The notes: a model not told the origin generated them from the letters alone. 64,000 bases of DNA from Rhodospirillaceae bacterium (GCA_018649725.1 JABIHH010000017.1:40469-104468); one strand, 5' to 3'; shown: positions 1 to 10,096, numbered from the stretch's first letter. Translations and numbers: made by a program.

Positions 1-145
1 GATGGTCTGGCATTTTATTGCGATCAAGAATAACCGCACCGGCAACAACCGGCCCCGCCCACGGCCCACGGCCCGCCTCATCAATTCCTGCGATGAAGCT
101 GTGACCATTTTTTAGCGCAGTTTTCTCGAATTCAAAATTTGGCAT
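1..145 (-). CDS. rnhB: Ribonuclease HII, 5' part (runs off window start)
   Basis: Manual translation from ATG at 145: [40 protein letters not shown], containing the RNase HII GxDEAGRGPxAGPVV signature. Confidence 0.9.
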   Translation of the reverse strand, partial: MPNFEFEKTALKNGHSFIAGIDEAGRGPWAGPVVAGAVILDRNKMPDH

Positions 146-195
146 TTGCTTCCTTCTCCCTCTCTTCGCATAAAAGAGAGGCCAAAAAAGAATCA

Positions 196-300
196 CCCCC
201 TCCTTAATCCTCCCCCATCAAGGGGGAGGAGGAGTTTTATTCAACATCTCAACCAAACTTTCCTCCCCCCTCGTGGGGGAGGATTAAGGAGGGCGGGGGG
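196..300. repeat. Palindromic intergenic repeat, family B (CCTCCCCCATCAAGGGGGAGG type), inverted pair
   Basis: ccccctccttaatcctcccccatcaagggggagg ... ggaggattaaggaggg; related copies at 13671-13696 and 30489-30520. Confidence 0.8.
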
Positions 301-301
301 C

Positions 302-658
302 TTATCCCAATCCCCAATCTGCTGGAAAAACATGCTTGCCCTCAGCATCCAGATTTAACGCAAAAGTCCGGATGACAGCTGAGACCGGCAGATCATTGTA
401 GAGATGTGGGAACAGCATAGCGTTACGGGAGGGCTCCCACTTAAGCGCGGCGCCGAGCTCTGATTGATCAACTTCAAGTAACACCAGACCATCTTGGCCA
501 GCGCGGTGCTTGGCGGCACTTTCGATAACCATGTCACCGCCGGAAAAGTGGATAAAACCATCGGCCTGATCTTGCGACGAGCCACCATAGCTACCAATCT
601 CTTGTGCCATCACCCATTCATCAGCGCGGCAGATGTGATAGATCGGCGCGTCTTTCAT
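302..658 (-). CDS. DUF952 family protein
   Basis: IYHIC...DGFIHFS...LKWE...LFPHLY motifs. Confidence 0.9.
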   Translation of the reverse strand: MKDAPIYHICRADEWVMAQEIGSYGGSSQDQADGFIHFSGGDMVIESAAKHRAGQDGLVLLEVDQSELGAALKWEPSRNAMLFPHLYNDLPVSAVIRTFALNLDAEGKHVFPADWGLG

Positions 659-1090
659 TTAAGCCGATAGCCGTGATTTAAGTGCCCGCAAATAACGCAA
701 ATCCATTTGTTCGAACTCACCTTGTTCGAGATCATCTTTATATTCTTCAAGCTCCTGCTTGGTCGCCTCTGAGATTTCCATTTCACCGATCGCGCTGATC
801 AACCCCGTGGCTTCTTGTTTTTCTTCATCACTCAGCGGATTTAACTCATCATCGTCTTCTTCATCACCATCTTCTTCATCATCGGGACTATCTTCATCAT
901 CTGGTTCATCATCCACCTGATAATCATTTGCCGCATCATCTTGCGACATCAGCAAATCATCCCAGGTGACACCGGCGACGGTCATCTTGGCGTTAATGTC
1001 GCGCACGGCTGCTAAGATATCCGCATCCTCGTCACTTTTAAGCTGTTCTAATAGAACAATAAAGTCGTCTCTTTCTAAATCTGTTCTCAT
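659..1090 (-). CDS. Hypothetical protein with highly acidic linker
   Basis: 143-aa ORF abutting the DUF952 gene, RBS GGGAGGA; central D/E-rich tract. Confidence 0.75.
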   Translation of the reverse strand: MRTDLERDDFIVLLEQLKSDEDADILAAVRDINAKMTVAGVTWDDLLMSQDDAANDYQVDDEPDDEDSPDDEEDGDEEDDDELNPLSDEEKQEATGLISAIGEMEISEATKQELEEYKDDLEQGEFEQMDLRYLRALKSRLSA

Positions 1091-1111
1091 GTTTTTCCTC
1101 CCGCTTGGACT

Positions 1112-1468
1112 TTATAGACCAAGAGCTATTTTCTGTTCATCTTTGTAACCGATCGCGATTTTCTCGTCGATCTCAAATACCGGACGTTTTATCAAAGCCG
1201 GATGCTCGAGCATCAAAGCAGTTGCCTTTGATTCGCCCATATCCGCCTTTTTTGCCTCACTTAAGCCCCGCCACGTCGTGCCACGGGTGTTAAGTAGAAC
1301 CTGCCAGCCCGCAGAAGCCACCCATTTTTTTAAATCGCTTTCTGCCAAGCCATCTTTGCGAAAATCAAAGAATTGATGGGCGATATCAGCCGCCGCCAAA
1401 TCCTTCACCGCCTTGCGGCAGGTGTCACATTTTTTTAAGCCATGAATTTTTATCGCTGCATTCATCAT
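1112..1468 (-). CDS. ArsC/Spx/YffB family protein
   Basis: GLKKCDTCRKA, LLNTRGTTWR and LIKRPV motifs; start moved to MMNAA (uncertain). Confidence 0.85.
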   Translation of the reverse strand: MMNAAIKIHGLKKCDTCRKAVKDLAAADIAHQFFDFRKDGLAESDLKKWVASAGWQVLLNTRGTTWRGLSEAKKADMGESKATALMLEHPALIKRPVFEIDEKIAIGYKDEQKIALGL

Positions 1469-1520
1469 GGCCGCTAAATGAGCACGGAGCCCGGCATAAA
1501 ACAAGCCCCATAAAGCGGGA

Positions 1521-2597
1521 TTAAAAGAGGCCTAATTGATCACCAACAGCCAGGGGGATTTGAAACTTTGAGCTGTCCAAATCAAGGGTCCGTTGCGGGA
1601 GCTCAAGTTTATTTTGAGCGTTGTGAAAACGCTGGCGAATGATTTCAGCGTAAGCCCCCTCGCCGGTGAAGCGCGTGCCAAATTCAGAACTGCTGAGCTC
1701 GCCCGAGCGACATTGCCGAATGAGGCTCAAGACATGTTTGGCCCGATCAGGGTATTGCTGACGGAGCCAGTCTTCAAATATTTCTTTGAGCTCATAAGGC
1801 AGGCGCAGGAGAAGATAAGCAGCCTGAACCGCCCCGGCATCCTTGCACGCCTGCAATATTTTTTCGATCTCGCTGTCATTGAGACCGGGAATTATGGGTG
1901 ATGCCAGAACCCCTGTTGGCACACCTGCATCATTGAGTGCCCGCATGGTTTTAAGCCGACGTTCAGGCGTTGTTGCCCGGGGCTCCATTCGGCGCGCAAG
2001 GTCTCGGTCCAACGTTGTCACCGAGATCATCACATGGACCAAATTGCGCCCCGCCATCTCGCTCAAGATATCAAGATCGCGCAAAATACCGGCTGATTTG
2101 GTAATGATCGAGACCGGGTGGTTAAACCTTTCCAACACTTCCAATATAGAGCGGGTGATCTTGAGGTCGCGCTCGGCTGGCTGGTAGCAATCCGTATTCA
2201 CGCCCAAAGCCATTGGCGCACAGCTGTATTTAGGTTTGCACAGCTCTTTTTCTAACAAACTCGCGGCATGTTCTTTGAAAAAAATCCGCGTCTCAAAATC
2301 GAGCCCGGGCGATAAATCCAAAAACGAATGTGACGGCCGAGCAAAGCAATAGACACAGCCATGCTCACAGCCCCGATAAGGATTGATGGAGCGGTCAAAG
2401 GGAATGTCGGGCGACTGATTACGCGTGATCACACTTCTCGCCGCATCGGGCCGGATCTTGGTTTGAAGATGACGAGAGAGACCATCTTCCTGGCACCAAC
2501 CATCATCGACCGCAAAGCGTTTGGTGGTCTCAAAACGACCCGCGGTATTGCCAACAGCACCCCGCCCCTTAACTGCCTGATTTGGTATCGCGTCCAT
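1521..2597 (-). CDS. PA0069/Rv2578c-family radical SAM protein (SplB-like, putative DNA repair)
   Basis: SINPYRGCEHGCVYCFARPSH CxxxCxxC motif; LexA box upstream. Confidence 0.9.
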   Translation of the reverse strand: MDAIPNQAVKGRGAVGNTAGRFETTKRFAVDDGWCQEDGLSRHLQTKIRPDAARSVITRNQSPDIPFDRSINPYRGCEHGCVYCFARPSHSFLDLSPGLDFETRIFFKEHAASLLEKELCKPKYSCAPMALGVNTDCYQPAERDLKITRSILEVLERFNHPVSIITKSAGILRDLDILSEMAGRNLVHVMISVTTLDRDLARRMEPRATTPERRLKTMRALNDAGVPTGVLASPIIPGLNDSEIEKILQACKDAGAVQAAYLLLRLPYELKEIFEDWLRQQYPDRAKHVLSLIRQCRSGELSSSEFGTRFTGEGAYAEIIRQRFHNAQNKLELPQRTLDLDSSKFQIPLAVGDQLGLF

Positions 2598-2622
2598 TAA
2601 TAGCCTGCCTTACTCTAATAGA

Positions 2623-2637
2623 GAACATAACAAGAAC
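2623..2637 (-). promoter_or_regulatory. Alphaproteobacterial LexA (SOS) box
   Basis: GAAC-ATAACAA-GAAC (GTTC-N7-GTTC on minus strand), 25 bp upstream of the radical SAM start. Confidence 0.8.
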
Positions 2638-2683
2638 ATACATCTGTCTTTCACCAAATGCAACTGGCGCGTATAATTTGGCT

Positions 2684-3355
2684 ATGTTGAGCATCATTAT
2701 CCCGACCTTGAACGCTGCCACCAGCCTAGAAGCGACTTTAAGCGCCCTGGAGGCGCCTGGAATAGAGACGCAGGTGATCATCAGCGATGGCGGCTCGAGC
2801 GATGGCACGCAGGGCATCGCCACTCAGAGAGGCGCGCTGCTTATCGAGGCTCCCACAGGACGCGGCGCGCAATTGGCCGAAGGCGCTAAAGCAGCGACCC
2901 GGCCTTGGCTGCTGTTTCTGCATGCCGATACACGGTTAGATGCGGGCTGGCAGAGCGCGGTCGAGACTTTCATTTCCAAGACAGAGGAGGCACCTAAAGC
3001 TGCGGTCTTTAAATTCGCCTTGAATGATCCCAATCCTGCCGCCCGGCGATTGGAAAAGATCGTCGCCTGGCGCTGTCGCTGGTTGGGTTTGCCTTATGGC
3101 GACCAGGGCTTGCTAATCTCAAGGGCCCATTACGATCAAATCGATGGCTTTCGGGAGCTGCCACTTTACGAAGATGTCGATATCATTCGTCGCCTTGGCC
3201 ACCGCAACATCACCTATCTCGAAACCGCGGCCATCACGTCAGCGTCGCGCTACCGTCAAAGCGGCTATATCCTACGGCCTTTGAGAAACGCCGCCTGCTT
3301 GTCGCTCTACTTTGTCGGCCTGCCACCTCATTTGATCGGGCGGCTTTATCAATGA
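2684..3355 (+). CDS. TIGR04283-type GT2 glycosyltransferase
   Basis: LSIIIPTLN, DGGSSDGT, LLFLHADT, PYGDQGL motifs. Confidence 0.85.
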   Translation: MLSIIIPTLNAATSLEATLSALEAPGIETQVIISDGGSSDGTQGIATQRGALLIEAPTGRGAQLAEGAKAATRPWLLFLHADTRLDAGWQSAVETFISKTEEAPKAAVFKFALNDPNPAARRLEKIVAWRCRWLGLPYGDQGLLISRAHYDQIDGFRELPLYEDVDIIRRLGHRNITYLETAAITSASRYRQSGYILRPLRNAACLSLYFVGLPPHLIGRLYQ

Positions 3356-3981
3356 GCCAACTCACCAACCACCTCGTTATCTTCGCCAAAGCCCCCCGCC
3401 TCGGCACGGTGAAAAGCCGCTTGGCGGTTGATCTTGGTGCGGTTGAGGCGTGTCGCCTCTATCGTCAAATGGCCGAGCGAACGATCAGGGTTTTATCCGG
3501 CGATCCCCGCTGGCAGACATATCTCGCACTGACTCCCGACAAGGATGCTTTTTCTGGCTTTAACCTTTCGGCCCCAATGCTCGCCCGCATGGCTCAAGGC
3601 CAAGGTGATTTAGGTGAACGGATGGACCGCGTCTTTAAAGCTCTCGCCCCCGGCCCCGTCGTCATTGTCGGCACTGATTTACCCGACATAAACACCGAGA
3701 AGGTCGCCCGCGCCTTCAAAGCTTTGGGTAATCATGATGCCGTAATCGGCCCGGCCGGAGATGGTGGCTATTGGCTCATTGGTCTGAAGCGGCGGCCTAA
3801 AATTGCCTCGATCTTTGACAATGTCCGTTGGTCGAACACTGAAACTTTGGCCGACACCATTGGAAATATCGAACGAGAAATTCTCGGCGCGCGCATTAAA
3901 AAGCTCGAACAATTAGACGACATCGACGATATTGAAAGCTATCAAAAATGGCAGAAAAAAAATGACCGAAACAATATCTAA
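3352..3981 (+). CDS. TIGR04282-type (DUF2064, CofC-like) transferase
   Basis: IFAKAPRLGTVKSRL, QGQGDLGERM, IGPAGDGGYWLIG; ATGA overlap with upstream gene. Confidence 0.85.
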   Translation: MSQLTNHLVIFAKAPRLGTVKSRLAVDLGAVEACRLYRQMAERTIRVLSGDPRWQTYLALTPDKDAFSGFNLSAPMLARMAQGQGDLGERMDRVFKALAPGPVVIVGTDLPDINTEKVARAFKALGNHDAVIGPAGDGGYWLIGLKRRPKIASIFDNVRWSNTETLADTIGNIEREILGARIKKLEQLDDIDDIESYQKWQKKNDRNNI

Positions 3982-5170
3982 AGACGGCCCGCTCACCGGG
4001 CTCCGCATTATCGATCTTACCCGCATTTTAGCCGGGCCGATCTGCACGATGAATTTGGGTGATATGGGGGCCGAGATCATCAAGATCGAGCAGCCCAGCA
4101 AGGGCGACGACACGCGCAATTGGGGGCCGCCCTTTATCGAAGGTGAAGCGGCCTATTTTTTAGGGGCTAATCGCAGTAAAAAATCCGTCACCCTAGATCT
4201 TAAAAGCGATAAAGGCAGAGACATTCTCAGCGCCCTTATTCAAAAATCAGATGTCGTGATCGATAATTTTAAAACCGGCACGTTGGAAGGCTGGGGATTT
4301 AGTGAAAGCTGGTTTAAGGAAAATGCCCCTCAGGTGATCCAATGCCAAATTACCGGCTATGGCGATAAAGGCCCGAAGGCAGGTCTGCCGGGCTATGATT
4401 TTTTGCTGCAAGCGGAAAGCGGCCTGATGGATATCACCGGCAATATCGACCGCGGCCCGGCCAAATATGGTGTCGCAATTGTTGATGTCTGCACTGGCCA
4501 AAATGCGGCAATGTGTATTTTGGCCGCCCTCAATGCCCGCCACAACACCGGCAAGGGCCAGCGCATAGATATCTCGCTGTTTAATACCAGTCTTTCAATG
4601 TTGGTCAATATCGGCTCGAACTATCTGGTCAACGGCAAGCGACCGGGGCGCTTTGGCAATGCCCATGCCAGCATCGTGCCCTACCGTGATTTTGCCACCA
4701 AAGACACGCCGATTGCCATCGCCGTCGGCAACGACACTCAGTTTGCCCGCATGGCAAAGAGCCTTGGCCACCCGGAATGGGCCGCAGATGACGACTATAA
4801 AACCAATGCACAACGCGTCGCTAATCGAGATCTCCTAGAGCCCATTATCAATGAGGCTCTCGCCGCAAAATCCTGTGATGACTGGATTGAGATATTTGAA
4901 CGCGATGGCATCCCGTGCAGCAAGATTAATGCCGTTGATGAGGCTCTGGAAAGCGAGCAAGCACAGGCACATGACATGGTCGTCGAAGTGGATCACCCAA
5001 CCATCGGGCCGCTTAAAATGCTGGGCGTACCCTATGAATTCTCTGAAACCCCGGCAAAGCCCGGTCAAGCCCCGCCGCTGCTGGGTGCTGACACGGCAGA
5101 CGTGTTAGCCGATGTGCTGGATATGACAACTGACGAGATCGCAGAACTACGGACGAAAGAAATTATTTAA
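3962..5170 (+). CDS. CaiB/BaiF family III CoA-transferase
   Basis: GPLTGLRIIDLTRILAGP, GDDTRNWGPP, NRSKKSVTLDLK, GYDFLLQAESG. Confidence 0.92.
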   Translation: MTETISKDGPLTGLRIIDLTRILAGPICTMNLGDMGAEIIKIEQPSKGDDTRNWGPPFIEGEAAYFLGANRSKKSVTLDLKSDKGRDILSALIQKSDVVIDNFKTGTLEGWGFSESWFKENAPQVIQCQITGYGDKGPKAGLPGYDFLLQAESGLMDITGNIDRGPAKYGVAIVDVCTGQNAAMCILAALNARHNTGKGQRIDISLFNTSLSMLVNIGSNYLVNGKRPGRFGNAHASIVPYRDFATKDTPIAIAVGNDTQFARMAKSLGHPEWAADDDYKTNAQRVANRDLLEPIINEALAAKSCDDWIEIFERDGIPCSKINAVDEALESEQAQAHDMVVEVDHPTIGPLKMLGVPYEFSETPAKPGQAPPLLGADTADVLADVLDMTTDEIAELRTKEII

Positions 5171-5210
5171 CTTCTCATCCGTTCCCTATCGGGGTTAAGC
5201 TGAATACGTT

Positions 5211-5987
5211 TCACTCAAAGCATTTGTAATCTTTATCGCAGACTGGGAGTTTGCGTTTTGCCCTTTCCATTAGAACGGAGATTACTTTTTTGCGAATTTC
5301 CGCCAATTCACCGCTTTTGGCCATGGCTGAAAACACGGCTGAGATTTTGGGGGCCAATTTGATATTTTTCTGGTGGAGATAGTGAAAAAGGTCAAATCGC
5401 ATAATAGCTGGGCGTAGCTCACGAACGCCTTTAATCCCCAATCGGCTCATCTGATAGAGACCATTGAGCCCCGGTGAAACGGCCACATCAAATCGTTTTT
5501 TGGTGAGCATATTGAACAAAAGCGAATAGTCACTGACGCTAACTGATTCTATGTCTCGCGTATTTTGCTCAACAAATTTTATGCCGCGGATATAGCCAAT
5601 CCGATAGGGACGGAGGCTACGCCATCCCTGTACTTTAAAATTTTTAGTCGTCGAGAAGGCAACACCTTCAATGTAATTGATAGCGGGATGTATCTGGATC
5701 AAATTGTGATAGGTCGCGGCCAGACCGTTGATGCGTTGGACCTCTCCATCTGCGGCCCCGCTATTTGCCGTCCGAAGCGCTCTCTCGCCGGGTAATTTTC
5801 GGATTTTCACCTCTATGCCGATGCGCTTATAAGCCCGCCGCGTGATGACTTCACTGATTACCGTATCAACCGTGTTAGGCGGCGTGACCAGCACCAATCT
5901 TTTTTGAGCCTTTACCGGCTGGGCGAAAAGCAACGGAATAGCGACCAACAAAAGAAGAATGAAGAATAAACTTTTGCCTTTATTCAT
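5211..5987 (-). CDS. Periplasmic substrate-binding domain protein (family 3-like), orphan
   Basis: Signal peptide; LPGERAL...ADGEVQR...LFHYLH pattern. Confidence 0.7.
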   Translation of the reverse strand: MNKGKSLFFILLLLVAIPLLFAQPVKAQKRLVLVTPPNTVDTVISEVITRRAYKRIGIEVKIRKLPGERALRTANSGAADGEVQRINGLAATYHNLIQIHPAINYIEGVAFSTTKNFKVQGWRSLRPYRIGYIRGIKFVEQNTRDIESVSVSDYSLLFNMLTKKRFDVAVSPGLNGLYQMSRLGIKGVRELRPAIMRFDLFHYLHQKNIKLAPKISAVFSAMAKSGELAEIRKKVISVLMERAKRKLPVCDKDYKCFE

Positions 5988-6089
5988 TTTGAACCCCTTC
6001 AAATCACCCCAAACTCTAAAATAGATTTAAATATATTAAGACCAAAGATTATCATAAAATCTTAGAAACTCTTCAATTGCCAAAAATAC

Positions 6090-7055
6090 CTACATCTTCA
6101 GCAGCTTCTTCGCATTGCCATGCAAGATCTTGTTTTTATCTTCGGTGCTGAGCGAGATGCGTTCCATCCATTCGACACCGGGGTCATTTTGTACGAAAGG
6201 CCAGTCGACTGAAAAAAGGATACGGTCGACACCCATCTCCTGAATGCAGCAGAGCATGGCAGGATCGGAGAAGTTGCCGCTGGTGGTGATATAGAAATGC
6301 TTACAAAATAGATCGCGAAACGATGTCATATTGGCGCGGGAGCGTTTGAGACCCGCATCGATGCGCCAAATTGAAAACGGCAAACTCTCGCCCAAATGGC
6401 CGAGCACGATCTTAAGGCCAGGATGCTTCTCAAAGACACCGCTCAAAACCATGCGAATGCCTTGGGTAGCGGTCTCCACTGTGAAGCCCCAGGCGTTGGT
6501 AGCAAGTGTTGGGTAGTCTTCCAGATAATCTTGATAATAGGCCTGGATGACGCTCTCCATCGGCACCGAGGGGTGAATATAGATCGGCACGTCCAGCGCT
6601 TCGGCACGTTCATAAATCGGCCAGAATTTTTTGTTGTCCAAGAACTCGCCATTGGATGGCCCGTGGATCATCGCGCCTTTGAAGCCGAGCTTATCGACTG
6701 CGCGCTCCAATTCATCGGCGGCTGCCTTGGGATCGTCGGTCGGCAGCACGGCAAATCCATGAAAGCGGTCGGGCTTGGCTTGCACGGTCTGATAGAGCCG
6801 ATCATTGGCCTCGATCGAGAGCGGCACAGCGATGTCGGCCGGGATGCGCTGGGTTGCCGGCGCACCGTGCGACAGCACCTGAATATCGATACCGGCATCA
6901 TCCATTTCTTTGAGCCGGAGTTCGCCCAAATCTTCGAGGCGCTCAACAATCGCCGGCGCCCGCGCGTTATCGCGGCCCTGAAAGTGCTGCGAGACTTCCG
7001 GATCTAAATAGTGTTCTTCGATTGCAATAACTTGCTGGCCTGTTTCGGTCGCCAT
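6090..7055 (-). CDS. Amidohydrolase_2 family protein (aromatic-acid decarboxylase-like)
   Basis: IAIEEHY, IYIHP, LGHLGE, YITTSGNFS, ILFSVDWPF. Confidence 0.85.
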   Translation of the reverse strand: MATETGQQVIAIEEHYLDPEVSQHFQGRDNARAPAIVERLEDLGELRLKEMDDAGIDIQVLSHGAPATQRIPADIAVPLSIEANDRLYQTVQAKPDRFHGFAVLPTDDPKAAADELERAVDKLGFKGAMIHGPSNGEFLDNKKFWPIYERAEALDVPIYIHPSVPMESVIQAYYQDYLEDYPTLATNAWGFTVETATQGIRMVLSGVFEKHPGLKIVLGHLGESLPFSIWRIDAGLKRSRANMTSFRDLFCKHFYITTSGNFSDPAMLCCIQEMGVDRILFSVDWPFVQNDPGVEWMERISLSTEDKNKILHGNAKKLLKM

Positions 7056-7150
7056 GATGCCCCCCTTTTTTTATTTTAATTAACCAAGGGGTAACTCTAT
7101 CAAGCGCTTTTAGGAATGTCAGTAGCGCCGTTGGCAAATTGTGGAACCCT

Positions 7151-7227
7151 CTGGATTCTGACTGGCGTCAGAATGACAATGAGCTTATACCTCACCGCTC
7201 GTCATCCTGACCCTGGTCAGGATCCAG
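7151..7227. repeat. REP-like palindromic repeat, family A
   Basis: ctggattctgactggcgtcagaatgac ... gtcatcctgaccctggtcaggatccag. Confidence 0.75.
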
Positions 7228-7239
7228 TCTTCACTTCTC

Positions 7240-7617
7240 TTAGAATTTCATAGGCGGTGCCAGAGCGATTTTCTCGATCCAGTATTTACGTGCCAGCATA
7301 CGAACGTCTTTCGGTTTTACTCGAAAGAGAAAGGTGTCTCTGCCTTTATTGCCCCGGATCGTGCCGACCTCTTGAAAGATGCCGAGATGAAACTCTTCGG
7401 CCGGAAATTTGGAGGTGATGACCAAATTAACCAGCGCATCGCTTTTCTCAATTTGCGCGGTCAAATCCGCATCAATGCGGTCCGGGCCATTGATAAATCC
7501 CCAGCTGTAAAACAGAACAATAAAAGCAGCGACGGCGAGCACAAAGCGCGCATCCCGGCGATGATGCCATTTTCGCTGACGAAAGGATGTTGTGGAGGTT
7601 TCTACTGCTTCAGACAT
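7240..7617 (-). CDS. Hypothetical single-TM membrane protein at end of ABC operon
   Basis: One hydrophobic segment (FVLAVAAFIVLFYSWGF); abuts permease stop. Confidence 0.7.
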   Translation of the reverse strand: MSEAVETSTTSFRQRKWHHRRDARFVLAVAAFIVLFYSWGFINGPDRIDADLTAQIEKSDALVNLVITSKFPAEEFHLGIFQEVGTIRGNKGRDTFLFRVKPKDVRMLARKYWIEKIALAPPMKF

Positions 7618-7618
7618 A

Positions 7619-8479
7619 CTACGTAGGCTTCCAAACAAGACCCCAGCGATGGATGGTCCATTTTTCCAAAGGCGCCAGCAAATATTTATCTGTTGCCATG
7701 AAAATTATCGAGATGATGATCACGCCAAGGAAAACTTCCTCGATCTTGAACTCTTCAGCTGAGGAGAAGATCATAAAGCCGAGACCACTATCGCCGCCGA
7801 TCATTTCAGCCGCAATCAGCGCACGCCAGCCAAAGCCCATACTCATCCGCATACCGGTAATGATGCTGGGCATCGCACCCGGCAGATAGACGTCTCTAAT
7901 GACATCCAGACGGCTACCACCCATGGTCAGCACGCTTTGCTCATAAACCCGGGCAACGCCTCTGACGCCCATCATCGAGTTAAAAAACATCAGCCAGAAA
8001 ATGGTATTAAGCATGATGAACAAAGTCGTCATCCAGCCCACGCCAAACCACACAATCGCCAACGGGATCCAGGCAATGCCGGAAATGGAATTGGCAAAAA
8101 TACCAATCGGCTCCAGAATTTTAGAGATTGGGCGGCTCATGCCCGCCAGCACACCAAAGGCAATGCCGAAAGGCAGACCAATAACCGCAGCCAAAACAAC
8201 CCGTCCGAGGCTGGAGAGAATATGCGTCGACATTAGGCAGCTTTGATCCAAGGCCAATGCCGCGCCAAAGCCTTTGCAGTCTTCTTGCAAGATAAAGAAC
8301 GCATCCCAAACCTCACCGATTGGCGGGATAAAGACCGGTGGTAGCCAGTCAAAGACAGCGTTCATATGCCAAAGGGAAATCATCACGACAAAGGGGATCG
8401 AGCCTAAGAAAAATTTACGCAGATTCTGGCGGCCAAAGCGGCGCTGAACGGCGATTGATACGGAAGCTATGGCACTCAT
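7619..8479 (-). CDS. NitT/TauT family ABC permease
   Basis: GIAWIPLAIVWFG, LPGAMPSIITGMR, WRALIAAEM. Confidence 0.92.
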   Translation of the reverse strand: MSAIASVSIAVQRRFGRQNLRKFFLGSIPFVVMISLWHMNAVFDWLPPVFIPPIGEVWDAFFILQEDCKGFGAALALDQSCLMSTHILSSLGRVVLAAVIGLPFGIAFGVLAGMSRPISKILEPIGIFANSISGIAWIPLAIVWFGVGWMTTLFIMLNTIFWLMFFNSMMGVRGVARVYEQSVLTMGGSRLDVIRDVYLPGAMPSIITGMRMSMGFGWRALIAAEMIGGDSGLGFMIFSSAEEFKIEEVFLGVIIISIIFMATDKYLLAPLEKWTIHRWGLVWKPT

Positions 8480-9348
8480 CGTTGAACCAGCCCCCAGCGC
8501 TCAATCGTATCGGCTTCAAGTGGGCGTAGAAGGTAGTGATCGAGAATAATCCACGACACACCGATCAAAACCATGCCCAAAATAACTTCGGAGGTTTTAT
8601 CGGCATCTTGGCCGGTAAAAATCATCCAGCCCAGACCTTCACGTCCGGCCAACATTTCACCGGCAATCACGGCCCGCCAGGCAAAACCAATCGAAAGCCT
8701 CGAGCCTGTCGCAATATGCGGCATGGAGCCTGGCAACAAAACGTCTCTGATAATCTGGTAGCGTGTCGCCCCCAAAGTCCGGGCGGCGCTGATGTATCTG
8801 ATCGGCACTTCCCGGACGCCGGAAAGCACGGTAAAGGCGATCGGGAAAAAACTGGTATAGAGAATAACCGCCAAGACCGTTTCATCACTATTGCCCCACC
8901 AGACAACGACGATGGGGAAAATCGCAATACCCGAGACCGATTGGAAAAAATTCATCATCGGATAAAACATGTCGGCAATCGTGCGGTTGAGGCCGAGCAA
9001 CAAGCCAAACGGAATGCCCAAGGCCAAGCCAATGGAACTGCCGACAATCAGACGCATGATCGTGTCACCGAAATAACTCGGCAGCAGACCTTTATAAATC
9101 ATATCAACAGAGGATAAGGCGACCACAAGCGGCGATGGCAGATAACGCGCTGGATTGTCGATGGTACTGGAAATCAACATCCAAACGAGAAAAATCCCGA
9201 TAATAATGAGTGTGAGATTAATCGCATCGGCGGCGGCGAAATGGCGCCAAAAAGCGAGGAAGCGATTGAGGCTATTCTTCGACAGCAACGGAAACCTCCT
9301 CGCGCACCAATTTGAGAATTTCATCACGCTTGGTGATAAATTCGTCAT
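8476..9348 (-). CDS. NitT/TauT family ABC permease
   Basis: YLPSP, AARTLGA, LPGSMPHIATG, WRAVIAGEM; start may be later (77-bp overlap with ATPase gene). Confidence 0.9.
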   Translation of the reverse strand: MTNLSPSVMKFSNWCARRFPLLSKNSLNRFLAFWRHFAAADAINLTLIIIGIFLVWMLISSTIDNPARYLPSPLVVALSSVDMIYKGLLPSYFGDTIMRLIVGSSIGLALGIPFGLLLGLNRTIADMFYPMMNFFQSVSGIAIFPIVVVWWGNSDETVLAVILYTSFFPIAFTVLSGVREVPIRYISAARTLGATRYQIIRDVLLPGSMPHIATGSRLSIGFAWRAVIAGEMLAGREGLGWMIFTGQDADKTSEVILGMVLIGVSWIILDHYLLRPLEADTIERWGLVQR

Positions 9349-10063
9349 CTGCGCTCAAATCAGCCCAAATGCGTTTCTCACGCGGGATATTGATATCAAC
9401 GATGGCTTTCAAGCGGCCCGGCCGGGCGGAGAACACAAAGCATCGATCGCCTAAGAATGCTGCTTCATCGACCGCGTGGGTAATAAATATAATGGTCTTC
9501 TTAGTCGCAATCGCGATGCGGTTAAGCTCTTCTTGCAAAGTGATTCGGGTTTGCGCATCGACGGCAGCAAAGGGCTCATCCATAAGCATGACAACTGGGT
9601 CAGCACAAAGGGTGCGGGCAACAGCGCAACGCTGCTTCATACCACCTGAAAGCTCATGCGGGTACTTATCTTCAAACCCGGTGAGACCGACGAGTTCAAT
9701 AAAATCTTTAACGCGGGCTTCGCGTTCGTCTTTGGCCATGCCTCTGAGTTCTAGGCCATGCCCGATATTTTTAGCCACACTGCGCCACGGCAAAATTGCG
9801 TGTTCCTGGAACACCACGCCACGGTCAGAGCCGGGGCCGTCAATTTTAACGCCGTCAACCGAAGCAAGTCCTTCCCGGTAGGGCAGTAGGCCGGCCAAAA
9901 TATTCAGCAGCGTCGATTTGCCGCAGCCACTTGGCCCAACGACAGTGATCAATTCGCCTTCTTGAACTTCGAGATTGATTTTTTCCAGAGCGTGAACCGA
10001 TTCGCCGGTATACTCGTCTGGATAATGGTGGGTAAGGTCTTCAACGACCAACTTAGCAGGCAT
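9272..10063 (-). CDS. NitT/TauT family ABC ATP-binding protein
   Basis: GPSGCGKST Walker A, LSGGMKQR, LMDEPF. Confidence 0.95.
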   Translation of the reverse strand: MPAKLVVEDLTHHYPDEYTGESVHALEKINLEVQEGELITVVGPSGCGKSTLLNILAGLLPYREGLASVDGVKIDGPGSDRGVVFQEHAILPWRSVAKNIGHGLELRGMAKDEREARVKDFIELVGLTGFEDKYPHELSGGMKQRCAVARTLCADPVVMLMDEPFAAVDAQTRITLQEELNRIAIATKKTIIFITHAVDEAAFLGDRCFVFSARPGRLKAIVDINIPREKRIWADLSADDEFITKRDEILKLVREEVSVAVEE

Positions 10064-10096
10064 GGAAAATTCCCAAAATTATGAAATTTAGTAATT

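Noticed and set aside
146-358. 70-aa plus-strand ORF and the many antisense/overlapping ORFs in the track
   Set aside because: This ORF is a translation of palindromic repeat DNA; the others are shadows of well-supported genes with no recognisable motifs
1112-3981. Complete arsenosugar biosynthesis cluster
   Set aside because: No ArsM or ArsS-type gene is present; the ArsC-family protein is YffB-like and the radical SAM is PA0069-type
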